Assembly (NCBI GenBank): GCA_963845535.1
Contig: CAWJSK010000012.1
Coordinates: forward strand, 832,001 to 896,000
Reading direction: 5' to 3'
DNA: 64,000 nucleotides
Origin: an uncultured Spirochaetota bacterium
GTDB taxonomy: Bacteria; Spirochaetota; Spirochaetia; SZUA-6; Fen-1364
The position numbers and the translations under genes are program-made. This document shows positions 29,510-39,301 of the stretch, piece after piece; the first letter of the stretch is position 1, and each line of letters begins with the position of its first letter. The notes under the pieces were generated by a model that had not been told where the DNA came from, did not search any database, and was given only the letters and a program-made list of their open reading frames with translations.

Positions 29510-30286
29510 ATGAATAGAGCTGATCGATTGAATGCGATCATGCAGACGCTGCAATTAAGCCGGGCGGCAAGCGTCCAGGAGCTTTCCGAGCAGCTCAAGG
29601 TCAGCCACATGACCGTTCGGCGGGACCTCGCCTCTCTCGTGCAGGAGGAAAAAGTCCGTGTCCTTCATGGAAGCGTCATCCTGCATCCGAAATCTGACGT
29701 CCGTCAGAACGAAAGCTACTATTCGCTCATTGCCGCCGGAGCCGAGCACCCGGATCTCAAGCGACGGATCGGCCAGCTTGCCGCGTCGCTGATCGAGCCG
29801 GAGGATACGTTGCTCATCGACGTCGGCTCGACAACCGAATACCTTGCAAAATACCTGCCCGAGAGCATCCCCTACACGGTGCTGTGCTTTTCCCTGAACG
29901 TCGTCTCGGAGACCGTCCGTCGAAAGAACTGCAAGACGCTTTTCGCCGGAGGGCTGTTCCATGAGAACACGCTCATGTTCGAGGGCCCCGAAAGCCTGGA
30001 CATGATAGGCAACTTCAGGGCCACCAAGGCCTTCATATCGGCTTCAGGTGCCAACGGCCAGTTCGGCGTCACCTGTATGAACGGCTACGAGCGGGAGACG
30101 AAGAAGGCGATCATCCAGTCCTCCATGAAAAAGATCCTGCTCGTGGATTCGTCGAAGTTTGGGGTGGTGCGGTCGGACTATTTTGCAAAGCTCTCCGATT
30201 TCGATGAGATCGTGACGGACGCAGGCATACCGACGGAATACGAGGAGCTCATCAGGGGCCTGGGCATCGTCCTGCGCGTCGCCTGA
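29510..30286 (+). CDS. DeoR/GlpR family transcriptional regulator
   Basis: VSHMTVRRDL HTH; K..IG..AA..I, DVGSTT, DSSKFG, IVTD. Confidence 0.94.
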   Translation: MNRADRLNAIMQTLQLSRAASVQELSEQLKVSHMTVRRDLASLVQEEKVRVLHGSVILHPKSDVRQNESYYSLIAAGAEHPDLKRRIGQLAASLIEPEDTLLIDVGSTTEYLAKYLPESIPYTVLCFSLNVVSETVRRKNCKTLFAGGLFHENTLMFEGPESLDMIGNFRATKAFISASGANGQFGVTCMNGYERETKKAIIQSSMKKILLVDSSKFGVVRSDYFAKLSDFDEIVTDAGIPTEYEELIRGLGIVLRVA

Positions 30287-30340
30287 GCGCCTGCGCGACA
30301 AACGCCTGCCCACCAGACCAGCCGTGCGTTGGCGGGATTC

Positions 30341-31399
30341 TCACTCCTGCGCCAGCAAGCACGCTTCCCGGGGAAACCAGACGTTGATGCGCTCCCCCAC
30401 GCCCGGCAGGGCGAGGTGCGGGTTGTTGAAGGTATCCAGGAACAGCTCGCTTTCCTCCACGCGGAGGAAAATGCGCACGATTGATCCAAGAAAAACCACG
30501 TTCGTCACGTTGCCCGTCAACTGGTTGAAATCCGAGTGGCCGTTGGTGAGAGAGATCATTTCCGGCCGCAGGGACAGGCTCACGGCCTCCCCGGCGGCAT
30601 GCGCGAGGGGCGCGGGGGCTGCTACCTGCTGGCCCTGGATGCTGAGCGTCCCCGCCGCGGGGTCCACGACCTCGGAGGCAAGGACGTTGAGAGATCCGAT
30701 GAAGGAAGCCACGAACGCCGAGGTCGGGCGGTTGTAGATCTCCCAGGGGGTGCCCACCTGCGCGATACGCCCCTCGCGCATGACCACGACCTTGTCGGAA
30801 AGGGAAAGCGCCTCCTCCTGGTCATGCGTGACGTAGATCGTCGTGATCCCGAGCTGACGCTGGATGGAGCGGATCTCTTCACGCAGGCGCACGCGAATCC
30901 CGGCGTCAAGCGCTGAGAGGGGCTCATCGAGGAGCAGCACCCGGGGCTGGATCGCGAGCGCCCGCGCAAGGGCTACTCGCTGCTGCTGGCCGCCCGACAT
31001 CTGGTGGGGATAGCGGCCTTCGAATCCTTCCATGTGGATGAGGCTGAGAAGCTGGCGTACCCGCTCGCGGATCTCGTGAGCCTTTTTTCCGGCAACGCGA
31101 AGACCGAAGCCGATATTCTGCCCCGCGGTCATGTTCGGAAAGAGTGCGTAGTTCTGAAACACCATGCCGACACCGCGCCTGTGAGGCGGCACCTCCACGA
31201 CGTCAACGCCCCCAATGCTGATTACCCCTTCCGTAGGGGTCTCGAACCCGGCGATCATGCGCAGCGTCGTAGTCTTTCCGCACCCTGATCCCCCCAGGAA
31301 GGACACGAGCTCCCCTTCGGCCGCCTCCAGGCTGAAGGAGCTTACCACCGTTGTACGGTCGAACCTTTTTGTCACGCGCTGCAGCTCGAGGAACGCCAT
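30341..31399 (-). CDS. ABC transporter ATP-binding protein (PotA/FbpC/AfuC-like, TOBE domain)
   Basis: GGSGCGKT, FQNYALFP, MSGGQQQR, LLLDEPLSALD, VTHDQEEA. Confidence 0.94.
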   Translation of the reverse strand: MAFLELQRVTKRFDRTTVVSSFSLEAAEGELVSFLGGSGCGKTTTLRMIAGFETPTEGVISIGGVDVVEVPPHRRGVGMVFQNYALFPNMTAGQNIGFGLRVAGKKAHEIRERVRQLLSLIHMEGFEGRYPHQMSGGQQQRVALARALAIQPRVLLLDEPLSALDAGIRVRLREEIRSIQRQLGITTIYVTHDQEEALSLSDKVVVMREGRIAQVGTPWEIYNRPTSAFVASFIGSLNVLASEVVDPAAGTLSIQGQQVAAPAPLAHAAGEAVSLSLRPEMISLTNGHSDFNQLTGNVTNVVFLGSIVRIFLRVEESELFLDTFNNPHLALPGVGERINVWFPREACLLAQE

Positions 31400-31412
31400 T
31401 TCACCCTCCTTC

Positions 31413-32198
31413 TCAGTGGGTCCCGCCCACCGCGGAACCCTGGCCACCGAGGCCGCGGCTCAAGGCCTGCATCAGCGCTATCATTCCCCAGGTGATGAGG
31501 AAGCTCACGATCGAAAGTGCCGCCGGCTCGTAGGCAAAGTTGCGCCCTACCTGGGCCATGTAGGGTCCGAACGCCGGCCACGCGAGCATGACGGCAAGGG
31601 TCAGCTCCCCGATCACGATGGAGAACGTGAGGAACGCGGCGCTCAGGAGCGCCGCGCGCACGTTGGGAAGCACAACGGAAAAAAGAGTTGTCCACCAGCG
31701 CGAGCCGAGGCTCTGCGCGGCTTCCGTAAGGCTTCGAAGGCTGATGGCCCGCAGACCAGAGTCTATGGACCGGAAGATGTAGGGGAAGGAGAGCACCACG
31801 TAGCCTGCCACAAGAAGAAGGGGGCTGGTAACGATGGCAAACGGCGGTCTGCTGTATGTTCGGATCAGGCCGAAGACGAGAACGATCGGCGGGATCACGA
31901 ACGGCAGAAGGGAAAAGGTTTCGATCAGGGCCCGCGCCCGGGGTAGCTTCAGGTGGACCCATATTGCCGTGGGCACGATGAGCGCAAGGCCGACAATGAT
32001 CGTCAGGCCGGCCATCTCCAGAGAAAACATGAACGTCCTGAGAAACTGTGGATCAGCCAGCACATGCGCATATGCAAGCAGGCTGACCGCTCCCTTGCGA
32101 GCGCGAAGGGAAAAAAGGAACGTGGCCGCCAGGGGAAGAAGAAAGTACAGGCATCCGAGGGCCATCCACAGCCAGGCCCATCCCCGGGGGCGCCTCAT
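31413..32198 (-). CDS. ABC transporter permease (PotC-like)
   Basis: EAAQSLG EAA loop, 6 TM helices. Confidence 0.9.
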   Translation of the reverse strand: MRRPRGWAWLWMALGCLYFLLPLAATFLFSLRARKGAVSLLAYAHVLADPQFLRTFMFSLEMAGLTIIVGLALIVPTAIWVHLKLPRARALIETFSLLPFVIPPIVLVFGLIRTYSRPPFAIVTSPLLLVAGYVVLSFPYIFRSIDSGLRAISLRSLTEAAQSLGSRWWTTLFSVVLPNVRAALLSAAFLTFSIVIGELTLAVMLAWPAFGPYMAQVGRNFAYEPAALSIVSFLITWGMIALMQALSRGLGGQGSAVGGTH

Positions 32199-33091
32199 GG
32201 AATCCACCTCGCGGAACGTCTCTGGAGCGCGTTGGAGCCGAGGATGCAGACCGTCATGATCACGACCATCCCCAGGGCCAGCGCATAACCGAGGTTGGGA
32301 TCATGAAGAACGTCCCCGCGGATCTGGGCGCCGATGAGGATGGGCACGAGGTCAAGCATCCCGCCGGTCAACGCGTACGCGGTCGCGTACGCGCCGAACG
32401 CGTTTCCAAAGAGAAGAATGACCGCGGACAAGAGCGACGGCATGAGAATGGGAAGGGCAACGTGGCGCCAGTACTGCACGTGGGTGGCGCCGAGGTTCTC
32501 ACACGCCTCCCGCCACTCTTTTCGCACCCCGTCGAGCGCCGGGGTAATGACGAGCACCATGAGGGGGAGCTGAAAATACATGTACGTGAAGCTCAAGCCC
32601 CAGAAGCTGTAGAGGTTGAACCCCGTGTCGTAGAGGCTGATGCCGAAAAGCGTCTTCAGGAGCACCGTCACAAAGCCCACCCGGCCCAGTGTCGCAATGA
32701 AGGCGAATGCAAGAGGGACTCCGGCAAAGTTGGAGGCAACCCCTGAGAAGGTCGTCAGGAACACCCGGGCCCCTCGAGGAAGCCCTCCCAGCGTTACGGC
32801 ATACGCCAGAAGGAAACCGAACAACCCGCCGCCCACGGCGGTGACAACGCTCACTTCGATGGTGAGCAGGTAGGACCTGAGGATGGCGGGACGGAAGAGG
32901 TGAGCGATATTTCCCAGGCTGAAGCCTCCCCGGGGGTCCTGGAAGCTTCCCACAAGGAGAGTTGCCGCGGGAAGGAGCATGAACGCAACGGCGAACAGGA
33001 GGAAAGGAAGGAGGCCAGCCCACGTCCTGAGGGGAGCGTGAAGGAGGGCGCGCGACCTGCGCGCACCCCCTTCATTCACGAGGACGGACAT
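32195..33091 (-). CDS. ABC transporter permease (PotB-like)
   Basis: NFAGVPLAFAF, EACENLGA loop. Confidence 0.9.
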   Translation of the reverse strand: MSVLVNEGGARRSRALLHAPLRTWAGLLPFLLFAVAFMLLPAATLLVGSFQDPRGGFSLGNIAHLFRPAILRSYLLTIEVSVVTAVGGGLFGFLLAYAVTLGGLPRGARVFLTTFSGVASNFAGVPLAFAFIATLGRVGFVTVLLKTLFGISLYDTGFNLYSFWGLSFTYMYFQLPLMVLVITPALDGVRKEWREACENLGATHVQYWRHVALPILMPSLLSAVILLFGNAFGAYATAYALTGGMLDLVPILIGAQIRGDVLHDPNLGYALALGMVVIMTVCILGSNALQRRSARWIP

Positions 33092-33100
33092 TACTCTCTG

Positions 33101-34249
33101 CTACTTCTTGGCCTGGACATTGACTCCGACTGTCGAATCCCAATTGCCTGTGATGAAAGCCTTGGCCGTGCCCTGCTGAGCCAGCGTGGGGAAAACGGCC
33201 TTCGCGTAGTACGACGCCGGGGGCAGCTTTGCCGCGAGCTCATCCGGTATCACGTTTCGCGAAGCGAGGTCCGCGTAGCGGATGGGGTGGCCGTAGCCCT
33301 TGAGCCAGATCAGCTGGCCCTCGTCCGAGTACAGGAACTCTTCCCAGAGCCTGGCTGCCGCGGGATGCGGGGCGTATGCGCTGATGGCCTGGACGTAAAC
33401 GCCGGCAAGGACACCGGAGGTCGGGACGATGGCAACGATATTCGGGTTTCCCGCCGCGGCGTCACGGTCGGAAAGCGCCAGATAGTCCCAGGTGACCGCA
33501 ACCGGCGTCTCCCCGGAGGCAACGGTCCCCATCTTCGCAATCAGCGGCACGAAATTGCCGGCCGCATTGAGCTTGGCAAAGTAGTCGACGCCGGGCTTTG
33601 CGTTGTCAAAGGTACCGCCGTTGGCGAGGTTGGCCGCGGCCACGGCCATGATGGCCTGGTTGGACACCCGCGGATCTCCGGTGAGGGCCACCTGTCCCTT
33701 GTACGCGGCCCCAAGAAGGTCGGGCCAGTCGAGGGGAGGCGTCTTGACCACGTCGGTGTTCACCTCGAAAGCCATGACGCCGTAGTAGTCGCCGTACCAG
33801 GATCCGTCAGCATCTTTCACGCTGTCGGGGATCGTGGACCACGTCCTCACTTTGTACGGAGCAAGAAGACCGGCGTTCTTCGCGTCGGGCCCGAAAGAGA
33901 AGCCGACGTCGATGACGTCCGGAGCCTGGGGGCCCTTGTTGTCCTTGTTCGCCTGGATGGCTTGCAGCTCGTCGCCGGATCCGCCGTCAGGGTTCAGCTC
34001 GTTGACCTTGATCCCGTACTTCTTCGCGAAGGTATCGATTGCCTCACCGTAGTTCAGCCAGTTGCGCGGAAGGGCGATGACGGTGAGCTGTCCTTCCTTC
34101 TGAGCCGCTTTGACGAGGTCGTCGAAATTGGCCGGCGCCTGGGTCAAGGCTGGACCGGAATTGCTCTCCTGGCTTCCTCCGGCAAAGGCCCCTATCGCCG
34201 CAGCCGCCAGAAAGGCGAGGCTGACTGCGAAAACGAGTGGCTTTCTCAT
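33101..34249 (-). CDS. ABC transporter substrate-binding protein (Fbp/PotD/AfuA-like), ligand unknown
   Basis: Signal peptide + FAGGSQE; AAQKEGQL, APDVIDVG, APHPAAARLW.EF.YSDEGQ. Confidence 0.88.
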   Translation of the reverse strand: MRKPLVFAVSLAFLAAAAIGAFAGGSQESNSGPALTQAPANFDDLVKAAQKEGQLTVIALPRNWLNYGEAIDTFAKKYGIKVNELNPDGGSGDELQAIQANKDNKGPQAPDVIDVGFSFGPDAKNAGLLAPYKVRTWSTIPDSVKDADGSWYGDYYGVMAFEVNTDVVKTPPLDWPDLLGAAYKGQVALTGDPRVSNQAIMAVAAANLANGGTFDNAKPGVDYFAKLNAAGNFVPLIAKMGTVASGETPVAVTWDYLALSDRDAAAGNPNIVAIVPTSGVLAGVYVQAISAYAPHPAAARLWEEFLYSDEGQLIWLKGYGHPIRYADLASRNVIPDELAAKLPPASYYAKAVFPTLAQQGTAKAFITGNWDSTVGVNVQAKK

Positions 34250-34316
34250 TTCCCGCTCCTTTGACATATGATTGGCCCGGCGTACGCGGGCTCACCACGG
34301 TATATACGGGATGAGA

Positions 34317-34354
34317 ATTAATTCTTTGCGAGTGAGGCGTTAGTTTTCCGTTAA
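34317..34354 (-). promoter_or_regulatory. PHO-box-like array upstream of the orphan ABC transporter
   Basis: Plus-strand ATTAA/GCGAG/GTTAG/GTTAA at 34317, 34328, 34339, 34350 (11-bp period); GTTAGTTTTCCGTTAATT matches the pstS upstream site at 17 of 18 nt. Confidence 0.75.
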
Positions 34355-34372
34355 TTGGAGGGCGCGCCGCCC

Positions 34373-35749
34373 CTACTTCTGCGTCTTCTCCTGCGTGTCC
34401 CTGATCCTGTCCTCGATGACTTTCTTCACTTCGGCATCGAACTCGGGATAGCGGGCGCGCAGAGCATCGAAATCCGACTTCGAGAGCTTGTACACGTCGC
34501 AATAGGTGATTGCCCGGACGCTTGCATTGCGTTTTTCCCCCTGGAGAAGGGCGGTCTCACCGAACGGGGACCCGGCTCCCAATTGGGCCACATTCCTGTC
34601 GCCCACCAGCACCTCGACGTCTCCTGAGCTGAGGAAATACATGCAGTCTCCGAACTCGCCCTGCCGGATGATGTAGTCGCCGGGCAGGAACACGATGGGC
34701 CGAAGGAGCTGTACGATCTCCCGGATGAATATCTCATTGGCGTTCCGAAAGAGGGCAACCTTCGAAAGGATGGTGCGGTTGAGAAAGAGAAGGATCTCCA
34801 TGGAGATCGTGTGAGGCAGCTCTTCCGTGATGGAGACCGTCGTGACGCTCTTCTGCGTCTCCCAGAGATACGAGTAGTAGTCCCGCACGCGGGTCTGTAA
34901 CGCCGCCGGCACCTTCTTGGTCCGAAGGAAATCGTTTATCTCCTCCATCTTTTCCTGGTAGGCGGCCCGGGCGGTATCGAGGTTGGCAATCAGCGTGGCG
35001 ACGTTACCAATGATGTAACCGTACATACCCACCCCGAAGACCATCACGGCAATCGTATAGACGATCTGCAGGTTGGAGTTGTGATTGGGCGTGTAGTCCC
35101 CGTAGCCGATGGTCGCGATGGTCGTGACGCACCAGTAGACGCCGCGGAGGTACTGGTCGAAATGGGGCCGCTCAGCCTCGGAGGCGCCGATGAGCACCCA
35201 CCCGCAGGCCATGAGGTGGACCACGGTCACGAACCAGAACGCAAACGTCACCAGGCGCATGAGGGACGGGTTCACGCTCAGGCTTTCGCGGATGTCGCGG
35301 AAGATGGCGCTCACCTTGCTGATCTTCGCCATCTTGAGGATCTTCGTTGCCAGGACAATCCCGAGCACCATCCCCACCGGGCTCTCCGGGCTTGCTCCCG
35401 AAAAGAGGGAAAACATCCAGGCAAGGGGGAGCCCTGAGATCACGTCCACGGCAAACCAGCCCCGCAGGTACATCCGCGCAATGCTCCGCCTGTCGGCGTA
35501 GACCACGAGTCCCTTCTTGACGGCCTGGTTGAAAGTGTAGGGAATGTCGAGCAGGTAGATCACGCAGATGAGCCAATAGACTGCGTCGAACTGGAAGTGC
35601 CGGAAGGTGAGCCGGTAGGAGGTGATGATGGTACCGGCCAGCGCGGTCAGGATGAGGAAGGCATTGTAGACGATTTTCGCGGTGCCGTTGTGGCGAAAGA
35701 CCGGCAGCCAGCCCCGCCCGTGCACCGTCGACGCGCTCATCGTGCTCAT
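34373..35749 (-). CDS. Cyclic nucleotide-gated potassium channel (SthK-like)
   Basis: 6-TM domain, TIGYGD selectivity filter, C-linker, CNBD with FGE...RNASVRA. Confidence 0.92.
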   Translation of the reverse strand: MSTMSASTVHGRGWLPVFRHNGTAKIVYNAFLILTALAGTIITSYRLTFRHFQFDAVYWLICVIYLLDIPYTFNQAVKKGLVVYADRRSIARMYLRGWFAVDVISGLPLAWMFSLFSGASPESPVGMVLGIVLATKILKMAKISKVSAIFRDIRESLSVNPSLMRLVTFAFWFVTVVHLMACGWVLIGASEAERPHFDQYLRGVYWCVTTIATIGYGDYTPNHNSNLQIVYTIAVMVFGVGMYGYIIGNVATLIANLDTARAAYQEKMEEINDFLRTKKVPAALQTRVRDYYSYLWETQKSVTTVSITEELPHTISMEILLFLNRTILSKVALFRNANEIFIREIVQLLRPIVFLPGDYIIRQGEFGDCMYFLSSGDVEVLVGDRNVAQLGAGSPFGETALLQGEKRNASVRAITYCDVYKLSKSDFDALRARYPEFDAEVKKVIEDRIRDTQEKTQK

Positions 35750-35851
35750 TCATCCGCTAGTATAGTGAAGCGAGGGGGGTCCTCTCAAGAAAAGCGCGCA
35801 TCTTTCTTGACACGGCAGGCGGTCCCGCTACACTGGATGCGGAGGGATCAC

Positions 35852-36682
35852 ATGCTGCTTGCCGTGTCCGTTGGCAACTCGCACATCACGTTCGGCGTGC
35901 ACGGGGAGTCCGGATGGGTCAGGAGGTATCGAATCCAGACCGTCCGTGAGAAGACGCCGGATGAGTACATGATCGTGTTCCGCGAGCTTTTTGCCCAGGG
36001 CGGGATTGCGAAGGAGAGCCTGGACTCCGCCATCCTCTCCAGCGTCGTGCCTCCCCTGACAACGGCCATCGCGGAAACGGTGCTGGCGGTGTCCGGTGCC
36101 AACCCCCTGCTCCTCACGCACAGCGCGGACCTGGGCCTGCGGATCACCACGGAGAATCCGGCGGAGGTCGGCGCGGACCTGGTGGCCAATGCCGTGGCCG
36201 CGTATGACAAGTTCCACGCCAACTGCATTGTCGTGGACTTCGGGACCGCGCTTACGTTCACCGCCGTGGCGGCGCCGGCGCGCGCCGCGTACGCCGCGCC
36301 CGGTGCGCCCTCTGGCGCGGCCCCCGGACCGGGGGAGCTTCGCGGCGTGGCCATATCCCCCGGCCTTACCTCCGCCGTGGACGCCCTGGTCCGAAGCACC
36401 TCACAGCTGCCTCGCGTGCCCCTGGCTGCGCCTCCGCTGATTGCCGGCAGAAACACCATCCACTCCATCCAGTCCGGCGTCGTCTTCGGCTACGTGAGCC
36501 TCGTGGAAGGGCTGATCCGACGCATGCGCGCGGAGTTGGGCGGCGCCGCGGAGGTTGTTGTCACCGGAGGAAGCTCGCCGGTCATTGCCCCGCTGCTGCA
36601 GGAAAAAGCGGTGGTCGAGCCATGGCTGACGCTCGAAGGGCTTCGGGTCATTGCCGCGCGCAACATCGGGGGCACCCGCTGA
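35852..36682 (+). CDS. coaX: Type III pantothenate kinase
   Basis: VGNSHI, SSVVP, EVGAD, VVDFGTALT, ISPG, IQSG, TGG, LTLEGL; TTGACA-N16-TACACT promoter at 35807-35834. Confidence 0.9.
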   Translation: MLLAVSVGNSHITFGVHGESGWVRRYRIQTVREKTPDEYMIVFRELFAQGGIAKESLDSAILSSVVPPLTTAIAETVLAVSGANPLLLTHSADLGLRITTENPAEVGADLVANAVAAYDKFHANCIVVDFGTALTFTAVAAPARAAYAAPGAPSGAAPGPGELRGVAISPGLTSAVDALVRSTSQLPRVPLAAPPLIAGRNTIHSIQSGVVFGYVSLVEGLIRRMRAELGGAAEVVVTGGSSPVIAPLLQEKAVVEPWLTLEGLRVIAARNIGGTR

Positions 36683-36699
36683 ACGCCCGTTCGGATCTC

Positions 36700-39176
36700 T
36701 TAATCTTCCAGCATCTCAGAGATGAGGTGGTATAGTCGGGCCGCCGTCTCCTTGTCTTCGGGATGCAGGAGCTCCGCCGGCTCGTCAGCAATAGCTTCCA
36801 GGCTTGCCAGCGTTTCCTGGCGCGCGGTGAGGAGGCTTTTCTCGGACTTGAACCAGTAGTTTCCCTTCCAGTCCGCGTACAACGTGAGGAAACCGAGCCG
36901 CTTCGACGTCCCTTTCAAGGGACACAGGCAGAGCAGCCGAGGCAGGTAGGAGCAGAGCTTGCGGCCGTCCCGCGAAAAAAGGAACTGATCCCCCGACGGC
37001 CAGTCGTCCCACACGTCCTCGTCCGTATGCAGATAGGGAGCCAGGGAGAGAATGGCGGAGAGCTTCATTCCATAGAAAATCTCCCGCCCGTCCCACATCA
37101 CCACGCCGAACATGTTCTTGAACGAAGGAAGGCTTCCCGGGGCGAGTTGCTGGAGCACGGGCCGGAGCTTCTCCCACTCCATGATCACCATCTTGCGGCC
37201 GCCCTTGATCACGCGGATGGGGAAGACCTCCTGCCCGAGCTTCATCTGGTTCGTGAAGTCCCGCGCCTTCTCTTTCTCTTTTTCGCGGGCAATGGGAACG
37301 CCTTTCACGAACGCCTGCGTGAGCAGGGGAGAGATGGCCGCGAGCAGCTGCTTTCGAAGCGGAGAGACGGAGCGGGCGTACATGCGGCTCGTCCGCACGA
37401 TCTCCCCGGCAACGATGTAAGGCGGGCTCTCGCGGAACATGAGGGATCCGGGGTGGATCTGGATCTTGTCCGCGGTCAGGCTGCGATAGATCCCTCTCCC
37501 CGTCCTCTCACAGACGAACTGGATGAGCCCCCGCGAGATGGCGCACAGGTAGTCGTCCCAGGGTCCTCCCGACCCGATGGGGACGCCGATCTTGCTGACG
37601 ATCTCCTGGAGCTGGCCCTCGATATTGATGATCTCGTTCATCGTGCGCAGCTCGAGGTAATGGTTTTCGCAGAACCGGGCTTTGTTGGCCGCGCGCGTGA
37701 ACGCCTCGTAGATGCGCTGGTAGGAGACGAAATCCCCCAGGGGGTCGCGGAAGCTGTGGTGCGCGCGACGCGCCTCCAGTTCCTCCCCCGCGGGGAGAAG
37801 GAACGGCGAGTTCACCGAGAGGAAGGTCGCGGCAATGATGACCTCGGCAATGACGGATGGATACGCCCGGATGGCCTCCACGATCATGCGCGCGTGCTTC
37901 GGCAGGATGGGGAACTGGCACATCAGCTGTCCGGTCTCAGTGAGCGCGCGCTCTTCATCCAGGGCATCCAGCAGGCGGAGCGTGTCGACGGCTGCCCGGA
38001 TCCCTCCTGCCCGGGAGGGGAAAGGAAATCGAAGGACTCGAAGTCCCGGATCCCCAGCTCCGCCATGCGGAGGACCACTTCGGAGAGGTCCGTGCGTTTG
38101 ATCTCTTCCACGGTATACATGGGTCGGGAGTCGTAGTCCTTGTGCGCATAGAGACGATAGCAGACTCCGGGGGCCGTCCTCCCTGCGCGGCCGCGGCGCT
38201 GGTTGCAGGAGGCCTTGGATACGGGTGTTTCAACCAGGCTTTCGGTGAAGGTCTTGGGGCTGTAGAAGTTCATCTTCGCGAGCCCCGAATCAATGACGTG
38301 CACCACGCCGTCTATGGTGACGCTCGTTTCCGCAATGTTGGTGGCAACAATCACTTTTCGCTTCCCCGGGAAGTCCAGGAATACCCTGGTCTGGTCTTCA
38401 TGGGACAGCCGTCCATACAAGGGCAGAATGGCCAGCTCCTCCCGCGTATCCAGCTCGGCAAGCATCTGGACGCAGTCCTTGATGGACAGCTCCCCCTGGA
38501 GGAAGATAAGGATGTCGCCCTTGGCCCCTTTGCGCATGATCCCGGAGACGATGTCGCGGACGGAGGCTATGAGGCTCTCATGGTCCCCCTCGATCTTCGG
38601 CGGGGAGTAGATCAACTCCACCGGATACATGGGGGCGTCGATGCTTACCACCGGACAGCCGTCGAAGTATTCAGAAAAAACTTCGACGTTGATCGTTGCC
38701 GAGGAAATGATGGCGCGGAACTCCGGCCGCTGCCTCAGGATCCCTTTCAGCATCCCCAGGATGAAGTCGATGTTGAGGCTGCGCTCGTGGGCTTCGTCGA
38801 CCATGAGCACGCTGTATCGGGAGAGCGTGCGGTCCCCTTTGAGCTCCTGGAGGAGGATGCCGTCGGTCATGATCTTGATCACGGTTTGCTCGTCGGTCCT
38901 GTCCTCGAATCTCATGGTATAGCCCACGGTGTCGGGGATTTTCTTCCCGATCTGGCGGGCAATGAACTCGGAAACGGACAGCGCTGCGATGCGCCGCGGC
39001 TGGGTAACGCCGACGATTCCGCGACTTGAGTAGCCGGCCTGATGCAGGATGAGGGGTATTTGGGTCGTTTTGCCCGATCCCGTGGGGCTTTCCACGACGA
39101 TGACCTGGTTGTTCTCCAGGGCGGCAAGGATCTTGTCTCTCTGCTGGTAAACGGGGAGCTGGTAGGGGTCTATCAC
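36700..39176 (-). pseudogene. hrpA: ATP-dependent RNA helicase HrpA (DEAH box), frameshifted near 38002
   Basis: SPTGSGKTTQ, TQPRR, DEAHER, SAT, TNIAETS, QRRGRAGR; adding one G in GAGGG/ATC joins the two ORFs (QEG-IRAAVDTLRLL...MCQFP). Confidence 0.88.
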
Positions 39177-39301
39177 GTTTTCACTATACCGGGAACGCGC
39201 GAGCGGGGATAGCGGTGCATTTTTCGACTTGCGTCCGCCCAGTCTACAGTCTACAATTATCAACCAGTACTGTTTCAATCAAAACAAAAGAGGAGGCAGT
39301 C

